The position numbers and the translations under genes are program-made. Below the pieces are notes generated by a model. The model did no database searches, was not told where the DNA came from, and saw nothing but the letters and a program-made list of their open reading frames with translations. From NCBI GenBank assembly GCA_973895155.1, contig OZ316891.1, positions 31,565,112 to 31,629,111 of the forward strand: a stretch of DNA of 64,000 nucleotides. The letters run 5' to 3'. This document shows positions 33,701 to 44,287 of the stretch, piece after piece (position 1 is the stretch's first letter; each line of letters opens with the position of its first letter). The stretch is from Marsupella aquatica (taxonomy: Eukaryota; Plantae; Marchantiophyta).

Positions 33701-36700
33701 TCGAGGAGGTGAAGCAGGCTGAGACCTCAGCCAAGGAGAGCAACCAAGAAGACACTATCACAATGGCTCAGGAGGTTGATCAGACCAGCAAGGGTGCTGC
33801 CCAAGTTGAGATCAAGACAAGGAGTAATGACCAGAGTTTAAAGGCTAAGCACTTAGCCTTGTTAAAGCTCAAGATAAAGGAGCTAGAGGACCAATTGAAG
33901 GCTGCAAACTCAGAGGAGGATGAGACTCAGGAAGACCAGCATTCAAGCAAGGAGAAGGAGGAGTTAAGTGCTGAAAATGCACCCGTCTATGGAGGCATGA
34001 GGTTGGCACAACTTGAGGGCACTTTTGACTCCACAATGAGGAACAAGATGGAGGTGATTCGAGCTGAGCAGTACAGAACCATCTCTGTCCAGCAAGACAA
34101 GACCTTCAACTTGGGAAATGCCCTGGGATCAGGTGAAGAGAAAACTATCCAAGATTTGCTAGGTGAATATGTGGATGTGTTTGCTTGGAGTCACTTGGAT
34201 CTTACTGGTGTAAACCCTGAACTTGGTGAGCATAGAATCGACTTGATGCTAGGAGCTTCACCTGTGAGACAAAGGCAATATCGGATGAATCCCAAGTACT
34301 CCTTGATGGTGAAGGAAGAGATAGACAAATTGCTGGAAGCAGGTTTCATCTATCCTGTGTTGAATAGTGAGTGGGTTTCTCCAATTGTCATAGTACCAAA
34401 GAAACCAGGCTTGGATGGTAAGCCTAAGATCCGAGTTTGCCAAGACTTTAGGAAACTCAATGAGGCCACTAAGAAGGACCACTATCCCATTCCATTTACT
34501 GATATGGTACTTGATTTAGTAGCTGGTTGGGAAGTGTATAGCTTCCTAGATGGGTACTCAGGTTACAACCAGATTTGGATAAGGAAGGAGGACCAGTTGA
34601 AGACAGCCTTTACTACTGAGTGGGGGATTTATGCCTTTCGGAGGATGCCTTTTGGTCTTTGTAATGCCCCTGGTATGTTCCAAAGGTTGATGATGAATAT
34701 CTTTCATGACTACTTGAGAAAGTTCTTGGAAGTATTCATAGATGACTTTGCTGTTTTTGGAAGGGGGAAGGACCATGTTGAACATTTGAGGATGACCTTC
34801 CAAAGATGTAGGGAAGTTGGTTTGAAGCTTCACCCAGGGAAGTGCTTCTTTGGTGTGGAAGAAGGGATACTACTTGGCCACAAGGTATCCAAGAAGGGCA
34901 TAGAAGTGGACCAAGAGAAGGTTGCTGTTTGGATGGCTGTCAAGTTTCCAACTTCAGTGACAGAGTTGAGGGGATTCTTGGGATGTTTAAACTACTATAG
35001 AAGGTTCATTAAGGACTTTGCTAAAGTAGCTTTACCCCTAACCAGCATGCTTAAGAAGGGGGCTGAGGTTGAACCCTCAGTTGAGAGGCTAGCAAGTTTT
35101 CAGGAGTTGAAGAACAGGTTGGTTGAAGCCCCTATCTTGATAGCACCAGATTGGAGTAGAGAATTTCATGTGTATGTGGATGTGTCTGGCTTTTGTATTG
35201 GTGTGGTGCTTAGTCAACTTGATGACCAGAATAGGGATCACCCTATCTACTTTGCAAGTAGACTATTGGCACCAGCTGAAAAGAATTACTCACCAACCGA
35301 TAGAGAAGCTCTAGGAATCATCTACTCTTGTAAGAAGTTTAGGCACTACTTGTTGGGCTATAAGGTGGTCTTTCATACTGATCACAATGCTCTCAAGTAT
35401 ATGGTGAATAAACCTGATGTAACTGGTAGAGTGGCAAGGTGGATCTTGTTGCTCCAAGAGTTTGATTATGAGGTGAGGGTCAGGCCTGGTAAGAAGCATG
35501 GGAATGCAGACTTCTTCTCAAGGATTGAAGGAGAAGAGGACTTGAAGGAGGTGGATGATCAGTTTCCAGATGAAGACCTCTTTCATGTGGGAAGTGGAGG
35601 AGATACATGGTATTTGGATATCATCCAATTTCTTCTCACAACCCGGCTACCAAGAGATTTGAACCAAGAGGAGGCTGCTGTTTTCCTGAGAAAAATCAGA
35701 CCTTACTTATTGGTGAAGGGTGTCCTTCACAAGGAAGGAGTTGATGGGAGACTAAGGAGGTGTTTGGAGAAGAAGGAAATCTCCATTGTGATGAGAGCTA
35801 TGCATGAGGAGGAGGCTGGTGGCCATTATGCAAGTGCAACAACAGCAAGGAAAATTCTTGATGCAGGGTATTGGTGGCCAACACTTCATAAGGATGTAAG
35901 TCTTTTTGTGAGGGGATGTGACCCTTGCCAAAGGACAGGTAAGCCAGCTCACTCAAGGCATCACCCTCTTACCACCATCTTACCTCTTGCACCTTTTGAG
36001 AAGTGGGGTATAGATTTCATAGGTCCCATCACTCCTGTGACCAGGTCTAGAAGGAATCGATACATCCTTCTTGCAACTGATTATGCTACTAAGTGGGTAG
36101 AGGCAAGACCAACCAGCAAGGATAATGCTCTCACAGTAGCAAGGTTCATGTATCAACAGATTTTTACCAGATTTGGGCCACCTCTAGAGCTGGTTAGTGA
36201 TAGGGGGACTCACTTCTTGAATGAAGTTGTGGAGGAGCTCACTAACCATTACTTGATTAAGCATAGGAAGACCACCCCCTATCACCCCAAGGCCAATGGA
36301 TTAACGGAGAGAGCTAATGGCATCATTGGCAAGATCTTGAACAAAACCGTGGCGGCACACAAGACTGATTGGGATGACAAATTATACTCAGCTGTGTACT
36401 CCTACAACCTTGCTTTCAAGACCACAACCGGCCATAGTCCTTTCTACCTAGTATTTGGACAACACTCCCTTGTACCTGTTGAGTTTGAAGTGCCTACTTT
36501 GAGGGTAAGTGTGGAGGAGAGAATGGAGGCTGACCAGAGTTTAATGGAGAGAGCTTACCAGCTGGAGGAGTTGGAGGAAATCCGGGAAGAGGCAAGCAAG
36601 CAAGTGAAGAAGAAGCAAGCTCAAGTGAAGCAACATCATGACAAGAAGTTGAAGAAGCCAACTTCTTTACTTGCTGGACAACTGGTATTACTCTATGACA

Positions 36701-36867
36701 GTAGGTATGCTCATTTTCCAGGCAAGTTGCATACTCGGTGGTTGGGTCCTTATGTTGTTCACCAGGTTTATGCTAATGGGTCAATTCAGCTTGCTACTCT
36801 TGAAGGAGAGGTGTTCCCTACTAGAGTGCATCATGATAGGTTGAAAAGGTACTTTAATCAGGAATAA
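30799..36867 (+). CDS. Gag-Pol polyprotein (gag, 3 CCHC knuckles, protease, RT, RNase H, integrase; no chromodomain); probable ATG 30889
   Basis: CVKCKSFGHTPQEC, CWNCQKPGHYSNSC, CAVCKREGHTTANC; VDGGSGVNIM; FLDGYSGYNQI, MPFGLCNAP, FIDDF; NYSPTDREAL, TDH; HHCC, GIDFIG/SDRG/TERAN; WLGPY. Confidence 0.97.
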   Translation: MLEWSHKTWRCVCRFAVQEKKGDKKVIVSGMPTTRSQALKEASLSFNFGDQLEQPDWVDIHLQAEAEPGVGWSDTSSSTTNTSEDQEAAMVVTQRARFQYKTFHGKPKEDPDAWLEDFIGTAQANGEFDIKLTTLAGVLRGEARPWFNSLSNAIKNDWDAFKLAFLQEFRKVGEESEALIKMGEIRMGSKESVRRFLQRFQRLATKLDPRPVDSMLLAWFVASLPRKMGVSVRQSHPNTLDEAIEAAQSYRSAEISSSKSRRKKKRFAYSDSSSSSSESSSSVEDTSESESEESSSSSDSESDSEEDSEKKKKKKKKKAKRKSDQKRRASKKKPGGKHHKSATFNLVEGSTPATKEKKVMDNKMSEITNQLKALSVHFAGVQPDRRKVPVNRAHVWCVKCKSFGHTPQECQGWRNQVQYVNEESNDVYQASEVVDYFYEEAPEMVYQISGGPRTLQGRPAPPMAPQLMPGLQPRMVDQMGPQGPGGVARTTVVICWNCQKPGHYSNSCPEPRRQGQGAPYPLCAVCKREGHTTANCPIGSAAKMMIGRIEAPPPAVAKAPGEATVNFLSMEWQEEAKDGVTQVAGGENQPDLPGMETPEEEAVCYKVSTRSTRKKERVEERKKRKERKEHSTESPIEVEVGAEVQVPPAEDSDYKRDHPKLFYPKVNEEVKRQLEEMEAKEHQEAINKDLKVAKALKEKAEVEEKKETSKVPSYDIKKDVKDCLVTATVGQLIKDNPLYRRQLKEMLVGRRRRKLPKVGTPADVMMVCEDLGAPEIDVQVNGCVLSYVPVDGGSGVNIMIEATAQQLGFKKLQPTARTMRLANGARVLPVGTLTQVPTLIGGQEFLLNYLVMRPARPSTYPILIGRPWLYGAKVVSDWGKKEFRFGKPATSVSWGHDKHQGETTDELDEYDSELSDELSTKSESDEDEVYMLNMVSQWTEEEVFGEEQEQEALTSHSPLPSLSEVTSLEEVKQAETSAKESNQEDTITMAQEVDQTSKGAAQVEIKTRSNDQSLKAKHLALLKLKIKELEDQLKAANSEEDETQEDQHSSKEKEELSAENAPVYGGMRLAQLEGTFDSTMRNKMEVIRAEQYRTISVQQDKTFNLGNALGSGEEKTIQDLLGEYVDVFAWSHLDLTGVNPELGEHRIDLMLGASPVRQRQYRMNPKYSLMVKEEIDKLLEAGFIYPVLNSEWVSPIVIVPKKPGLDGKPKIRVCQDFRKLNEATKKDHYPIPFTDMVLDLVAGWEVYSFLDGYSGYNQIWIRKEDQLKTAFTTEWGIYAFRRMPFGLCNAPGMFQRLMMNIFHDYLRKFLEVFIDDFAVFGRGKDHVEHLRMTFQRCREVGLKLHPGKCFFGVEEGILLGHKVSKKGIEVDQEKVAVWMAVKFPTSVTELRGFLGCLNYYRRFIKDFAKVALPLTSMLKKGAEVEPSVERLASFQELKNRLVEAPILIAPDWSREFHVYVDVSGFCIGVVLSQLDDQNRDHPIYFASRLLAPAEKNYSPTDREALGIIYSCKKFRHYLLGYKVVFHTDHNALKYMVNKPDVTGRVARWILLLQEFDYEVRVRPGKKHGNADFFSRIEGEEDLKEVDDQFPDEDLFHVGSGGDTWYLDIIQFLLTTRLPRDLNQEEAAVFLRKIRPYLLVKGVLHKEGVDGRLRRCLEKKEISIVMRAMHEEEAGGHYASATTARKILDAGYWWPTLHKDVSLFVRGCDPCQRTGKPAHSRHHPLTTILPLAPFEKWGIDFIGPITPVTRSRRNRYILLATDYATKWVEARPTSKDNALTVARFMYQQIFTRFGPPLELVSDRGTHFLNEVVEELTNHYLIKHRKTTPYHPKANGLTERANGIIGKILNKTVAAHKTDWDDKLYSAVYSYNLAFKTTTGHSPFYLVFGQHSLVPVEFEVPTLRVSVEERMEADQSLMERAYQLEELEEIREEASKQVKKKQAQVKQHHDKKLKKPTSLLAGQLVLLYDSRYAHFPGKLHTRWLGPYVVHQVYANGSIQLATLEGEVFPTRVHHDRLKRYFNQE

Positions 36868-36894
36868 GTGTGTTTGCGGGGACGCTGCACACTT

Positions 36895-36904
36895 AAGTAG
36901 GGGG
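36895..36904 (+). other. Polypurine tract of the gypsy element
   Basis: AAGTAGGGGG, 3 nt (CTA) before the 3' LTR. Confidence 0.65.
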
Positions 36905-36907
36905 CTA

Positions 36908-39900
36908 TGTGGGATGGCTCAGTGTCAGCTAGTGTAGAGAAACATGACATTCTTTCGTTTAGAAGAGGAAATAGTTAGGGAAAAAGTTTTAGTGCTATCA
37001 GAGTAGCTAGGTTTAGGGCACTTAAGTAAGAAGGGAAGCTTAGTAGAGGTAAGAGGGAATTTTAGTTATGCAAAGTTATCTAGGGGTAAGCAAGTTACTA
37101 TAGGAGGGGCAGGAAACTAGTTCCGTCCTTAGTTATAATAGGCGACTAAGTCGGGACCGAAAAATGACCCGACACCGGACATCTTATTTTTGGCTGATAT
37201 TTCTCCCATGGGTGCTGGGAGGTCCCTAGGGAACCCTGAAAAAGTATGAAGTCAAGTGGGGTCTTAACCTAGGAGTTATAAGTATTTTGGCAAAAATCAA
37301 AGTTACCAAATAGCGGGTCCCGGGAAAAATAGCTGATGGGTAAATGTAGGGGTTCCAAGTTTGGAAGTGGGTTAAGTATGGTCCCCTCTATCCCTAGAAA
37401 CTTGTGGGACAACTTTGTCACACTTGGTTACTTTTTGGGAGCATCTCAAAGTTGAGAAGAATTTTGGAAGACATAAAGACTTGACCCTCTTTGCCTAATT
37501 TTAGAAAAGTTGTTATAGGGTTTTGTTTATATCTTAGTAAACCCGGACATAGTCCTATGTCCATAGAATCAGTGGAGCTACTCAGAAGTCCTTTTGGACT
37601 TATGTGTGAGTTTTGGAGGGGGGTCCAAAATCGCCCCAAAATGCTGTTTTTCCAAAAAAAAATGTATTTTTTTCTAAGTGTAAACCGCGTGGGCGGCGAT
37701 CACGCGGCGAGCACGAGGCAAGGAGGAGCAAGCACGAGGCTGGTGAGGACGTCAAGCACCGGGAGGCTGTCCAAAGGTGCTGCATGATTACTTGAGGAAT
37801 CAATTGAGCACAAGGGCGGCTGAATTGAAGGAAGGGCGGCTGAATTGAAATGGCTGCTGCTGATTGAAGAAGCAAGGGCTGTTGCTGATTGAAGAAGCTA
37901 TGGCTGCTGAGAAGGAAAAGAGCTATGGCTGCAAATTAGGATCGCTGCTGGCTTTGAATTGGGAAGGCTGCTTGCTGCTATGACAGCTGCACACTAGATT
38001 AGAGGTGCTCCTACTAATCAGGCACGAGATGCTCATGAGAATTGGCTGGCTGCTGCCTTGATGCTGCTGAATTGAATGATGCTGCTGCTAGCTGCGAAAT
38101 TGCAAAGGTGGGCAGCTACGAAATTGAGAAGAGAGACCTGCTTGACTGAGAAGGAATCAAGCTATGGTTGCTGCTGCTGTGCTTCAAATCTGCTGTTGTT
38201 GTGCTGTAAATGCGCTGATGTGACTGTGCTGCTAGCTGCGAAATTGACTGTGTTGCTAGCGGCAAAATTGAAGAGGTGGGCTAGCTGCGAAATTGACTAG
38301 GCTGGCTGTGAGCTATGGTGGCTGTGAAATTGAGGGGCTGGCGGCTGATCAGCTGGACTGCTGCACAAGAAAGAATCCAATAGAGAATGCTGTGGTTTTA
38401 GATTGAATTCACGAGAGAGAAATGGCTGCAAACATTGCTGTCCTTACAATTTCTTCATAAGAAACATGAGTATAATGAGAGTGCTCTCCCCTCATGACAC
38501 GTGGAATCCCCATAAGGGGCATGTAAGGTAAGTGTAATCGGGCCGCCGCTTACACCCGCTTTACACCAAAAACAGGCCTTGGGAGAATGGGCATAACTTT
38601 GGCTAGAGGTATCCGTTGGGGCCCAAATTTTTTTGTGCTGAGTTAGGGGAAGATAAGGCACCCCCTGGTGAAGGTGGAACCCCAGAAAAGTAATCACTCA
38701 AATATATTTTTAACCGAGGCCACGAGGGAGTCCCGACAACTTGCAAACCAAAGTCGGCATAGGGGAATGAATACCAGATTTAGGGGCTGACCTTTCTTGC
38801 ACCCATACCACTTGAGTTAGGCTCTAGAGAAGGGTACTTACCTTTGGCCAAAGGTGTAAGGCCATCAAGTTAAGAAAAGTAAATATAGGGGGTAGTTTAC
38901 TTAGGGTAGTAAAGGGGTTACAAGTAAAATAAGGCCAACTTTGACTAGGCACAACTTGAGACTCACTCACTCTTTTTGCGAGCTTTCAAGTGGGTTGGTA
39001 AGCTGGTGAGGAGGACCATAAGTGGGAGTAGGTTTGGAAGTCAAAGCATACCACTCATGTGTGGCATATTCCAGGGCTTGGAAGGAGGCAAAATAGCAAG
39101 TAGTAGGGTGGGCTATGAACTATAGAGTTGGACTTTGTGTGTTAGGAGGACTTGGGGGAGGTATAGTTGGACCCCAGGTCAAGCTTGGTGTGATGTGGAA
39201 GGAGATAGTATATAAGGAGGAAGTTTTCATTTGTTAGGGACCGGGAGTCTCATCTCTTAAGTGAAATCTCTACCTTGCCAAGGTAGGGCTAAGCTTGAGA
39301 AAGGAGAGGTGGTCCATGCTTAGTGTGGAGAATGTGTAGTGAACTTTTGTTGTAAAGGTGATGCAATAAAAGGAGACTTACCAATCTTCATTGTGACCAT
39401 TAAGTGTGAGTGCATTTGAAGTATATGAGAGCAAGAGAAGAGTCCATGCTATGGTATAATCTTGGTCTAAGCTTGAAGGGGATGTGCTAGTACAAAACCA
39501 AGGCCAAGGAGGCAAGGTTAAGGTATAGCATTACTTTGAGACTTAGAGAGGATTATAGCTTGAGGGTGGAAAGTACTTTGCTTGGTGTGTGGTGTTAACA
39601 AGAAGTAAGAACAAGAGGAAGAGTCCTTAGATAGAGGAGCCTTCTCTAGGGCTCAAAGGGGATGTGTGGACCCAAACCAAGGCCAGGGGGGCAAGGTTGA
39701 GGGGTAACACTACTTTGAGGGTCTTGAGGAGACTTAAGCTTGAAGAGGAAAGTACTTTGGGTTCTTGGGTGTTTGTGTGAGAATCTACTCTAAGGTGACA
39801 GCTTGGAGCGGAGATCCCCCTTGCTGATCCTTGGAGTAGAGGAGAGGGGAAGGGGTGAGTACAAAAGTAGTCAAGGGGACTACCTCTCTAGAAGTGGAGA

Positions 39901-40051
39901 GTTGAAACTACTTATGTATGGAGTGATTGGACATTGTAAGCACACTTCAGAAGTTTTGTCAATCCTTTGTGACCCTGGTATGACATGGAGCAGGTATTAG
40001 GTAGTCTTTTGGGGAGAAAAGCCGCTTAAGCTCCTTGGCAAGTGTTTGACA
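36908..40051 (+). repeat. 3' LTR (3144 bp)
   Basis: Same length as the 5' LTR and no differences noticed by eye. Confidence 0.96.
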
Positions 40052-40056
40052 AGCTT

Positions 40057-41890
40057 ACATATCTCAGATAATTGTCCCCAAGAACTGGTTGCTTACTTCC
40101 TACTACAATTCTTTCTGATGCTCAAGGCCAAATAGTCACAAAACATACAGAATTACAACATAATCACCTGTTTGGAAGTCACACTTGTCACCTCACTCCT
40201 TTGTTTCATGAACTCCTCTCTCACTTCTTGTGCTGATGGTTCTTCACCTGTCAATTTCTTCTGCAGTCCACATCAACATACATATGAATGAAACCAAATG
40301 TTGATTGTCAATGAAAATGTAATAATGGTAGCAAGATGATAAGTTTGAGGCTTACTATCAGGCATGTCATTGCCTTACCAATTGTTCTTTCAATGGAGCA
40401 TAACTTCCTCTCCCAGCCTGTGACAGGTGTTTCACTTTGCCTCGAGCATTTGACATCAGTTCACTTTTGCTCAATCCAACCTTTGACATGAACCCTTTGA
40501 TTAACCGTGTCCATTGATCCAATTCCAATGATGGGGGTGGTGGCATTCTCCTATTAGAACCATTGTCTATCCACATCCTTTTCAACCTATGCCTCTCTTG
40601 TTTCAAAATCCTCATTACATAATCTGATATGCAATCTTCAACTGGGCCCTTACCATCATTACCAACATAGTCCCACCGTTCAAGAATGTCCTTGCAGATA
40701 GCAGCCCAATCAACTTTGTTCTGACTCCTAAACTCTGTAATGCTCAAATCTAACCAACGCAATACTTCTCCTCTTAGGTCATAATGCCAACGGTTCTTAC
40801 CATCACATGTGGGAGTTATCCAACCATCGGAATTCACTTCTACTTTACCAAATTTGTTACTGTCTCCTGCCTTGGTACTCCCTAAAGCGCTACTAGGTGT
40901 CCCTCCATGGCCTGGTGTCCCCCCATGGCCTGGGGTCCCTCCACGGCCTGATCTCCCCCCACGGCCTGGATTGCATTGTCCAAACCTCCCTGGAGTCCTT
41001 GCACATTTATAGGATCCATTAGGTAAGTATGAATCATAAATGCTGCTGCCAAATATACACTGGACTTCAGAGCAATTTTGCAATGACCAAGTTACCTCTC
41101 CCTTGGCGCATAGATGGTTCTGGACCACCTGTCCTATTGCTTTGTCTTGATGAATTAGGGTCGTTTCTCCCGCCTGTGAATGATTGCCTCCTATCTGAAC
41201 GTGGATGGCCTTTGTTGTTTTCGTGATTGTCCCAATCAGAGTCTGCATACCAACAGGTACATGCCACACTCATGGACCTATAAGATAAACTCTTTGCCCT
41301 AGCTACACATCAGATAAGTCCATATTGAGCTAAATCTCTACTACCATCACAAAATCACTAGCACAAGGCACTTACTTGTCCAATCATCCTCCTCACCTTT
41401 CCATTGCCCTTTGTACCCGTCTCTACCATGCTCTGGGTGTTCATATTCATCCCATCCATCTTCTGCTCCATCATAGTCATCATCATAATTATCAGGCGTC
41501 CCTTGCCAATAACTCTGGCTCCTTCTAGGGTATGGATTATGTGATTTCTCTCTAGCTGCCCACCTACCTGGGACTTGATGAGGGCCCTGTGCATCTTGCA
41601 CAGGTGCATTTTTCTGCGAGCCCCCTGCATCTGGGTCTCCATCCATATCCAATCTTTCCTCTTCACCCCACTCTCCAAGCCCCATGTCTGTCTCCATGTC
41701 ATCACCCTCTTCCCCCATAGCTTTTGCACAGCACCCACAACCAAACAAGGAGAATCAGCACACTAAATTCAAAGTATCAATCAATTTCATGCATATCCAA
41801 CTATCCTAAACATCATTCCAGGCAACAATTCCCGTTTTGTGACTCTGTGCAGGTAGTCATCCTCAACCTCATACTTGCCAATCGCCAGCT
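40057..41890 (-). pseudogene. Outer CACTA TnpA-like gene, 5'/central exons (Ptta/En/Spm-like)
   Basis: 40367-41269: NRWHYDLRGEVLRWLDLS..ILKQERHRLK..PPPSLELDQWTRLI..SELMSNARGKV; homologous to 45793-46446. Confidence 0.75.
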
Positions 41891-41895
41891 GTTGC

Positions 41896-43433
41896 CTATT
41901 GCAAATCATCAACCTCATCATATTCCATTTGCCCAGGTTCATCATATGTCTCTCTCAATGTTAAGGGGATGTAGTCAGTCCCTGCCCGAGTTGGAAGTAC
42001 AGTCTCATGACTAGGATGCTCGAATGCAGCATGGTCATCCAAACTAAACTCTACTTTACTTCCATCCATCCGCCTGTTCTGTGCTTGGCTATGGCATACC
42101 ACCCTCCAGCCATGTGACTCCTCCACATCTGCAAAGAAAGCCTATTCAACTTGGCTAGGGGAAACAAAAGGCTCAGACCATTCTGGTACTCTGATGGCCA
42201 ACAAGAACCCATCATGATCACGCTTCATGGTGGCCCTTGGTCTCTGCCACTCTGATTTCACCCATGATCCCTTCATCAATATCACTGGGACACTTGTGTT
42301 ACCATAATTCAACACCCAAATGTCGGTCAACTCCCCCACGTAACCCATCTTCATCCACCCCCTCTGTTCTTCAGAGGTTCTCTGCTCAAACACAGAAATC
42401 AAACCACAATCATATGATACACAATGGTCACCCTGCTCATCCCTCACTCGATAATGATTTCCATAAGCTCTCATCCGTTTGTAGGTCAGAATAGACAATT
42501 GTGGTGGCACAGATAGAAGATACAAATCCTTCTCCATATCTGGGTGATGTCTACTATGCTCTCGAATTGTCACCCGAATCCACTGCTCGAACTCTGGGAA
42601 GGGATCCTGCTGCCCAGAGTGTGCAGCTTTTTGCATATCATATTCCCTGCAATATGAGGTACAGGCATAGTTAGGTCTAAACAACACATGACAACCTAAG
42701 ATCACCCTTGGAACAGACAAGAAGCATCACAACAAAGGCAAGTCAATTCAATCACTCACCTCCACCATGGTTGCATAGGCTCTGTGTTTGCCAGCACATA
42801 TGAATGAGCCTTGTCTCGAATCGCAACAGGCAGCTGAACAGCACGTCCCACACCTTCAACAACCTCGCCACTCACTCCATCATCTTCACCAGATTTACAA
42901 ACTCTTGTCATAGCTTCACCAGACCCAGCCATGTACTCTGTTAGGAATCTCAACGTCTCATCCTTAATGTACCCCAATGCCATGGAAGCCTCTGGCCTGT
43001 AGTATGTTCTCACATGACCTTTCAACAACTTCATGTATAGCTCCATAGGGTACATCCATCTGGTACTGACTGGTCCATACTGCCCTAGCTCTTCTACCAC
43101 ATGGATTAGGAGATGAGTCATAACATCAAAGAAAGCAGGGGGAAGTATATCTCCAAGTCACAGAGGACATAAGCAGCATCCTGCTTCAACTGCTCCAATC
43201 CTTGGGGATCCCACACTTTCACACATATACGGCAAAATACATTGCACAGTCAAAGAATGACATTACGGACTGGTTTCTGCATGAGACCTCTGAGGCATAG
43301 GGGCAGAATGTGTTGCATCAACACATGGTAGTCATGTGTTTTCATACTGCCAAGTTTATTCTTTGTAATATGCTTCTTGAAGGCACCAACATAGCCAGAG
43401 GGCACTTTCAGACAGCTCAATCTATACAAGAAT
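41896..43433 (-). pseudogene. Outer CACTA TnpD transposase, C-terminal part (DUF4218/DUF4216-like)
   Basis: LKVPSGY..MKTHDYHVLMQ, MTHLLIHVVEEL..GPVSTRWMYPME, YGNHYRV, EPFVSPSQVE*AFF; stops and a frameshift. Confidence 0.9.
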
Positions 43434-44287
43434 CACTAGAAGAATCCGAGGTGAACTGAGACCGCAATATGTGACTCATTTTGGCTCATGTGACTTCATT
43501 GTGACTCAACGTGACTTGACCCACGCTGTGACCCTTGGAGTTGCAAAAGTTGAGACCAAAAAATGGAAGTCACTATTGATACTGGGCTTTGCAACTTGCT
43601 TGATACCCATTTGTGACTGATCTGTGACTTTATTGTGGAGTCTAGCCTTGTTTCTACGTGACTGCAATATGACTTCAGCGAGTCACATAGTAAGTCACAT
43701 ACATGACTTACCCGCATTCAACAACGACTAGCGTGTGACCATTTAGTGTCACAGGAGAGACCAATGGAGACCCTGGCCCGCGTCACACAACAAAACCATT
43801 TGGGACTCTATATACTCATGTTTATAACTAATAAGGTTCACATGCAAGTTATAACCATGACTAATGAACAGAGAGGGACAGTTCATAAGGAGAGAGAGCA
43901 CTCCACATTACAATACATAGAAACTGATGTTCTAACTTTAGAAATATAACACATTGAATACAAGAAATGAACATAGCATGAATGACATCCACATGAAACA
44001 AAGCATCATATAAGCAGATCCTACATAAAACATTCATAAGAATTAAACACAATCACAATCTTGCTAAAAAATGAAGATCATTTAAATTCCAATGGAATAG
44101 TTTACAATGTGATCAATGTAATTCAGACAAAACAGGAACTCATAATTGATGACTGCAGGATGAGATAACTGAAAGCACATGCATGATACTATGAATCTCC
44201 AAGAGGACATGATTCTTGTACTGCTTCTTGACATCTAAAATCTACATGACATGACTCACACTACAAACAAATAATGGCATGACATTG

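Larger units (their letters stand above)
27601..40051 (+). mobile_element. Full-length non-chromoviral Ty3/gypsy LTR retrotransposon (Phygy/Athila-related), 12451 bp, TSD AGCTT
   Basis: Two 3144-bp TG..CA LTRs, AGCTT at 27596-27600 and 40052-40056, PBS, PPT, intact gag-pol. Confidence 0.97.
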
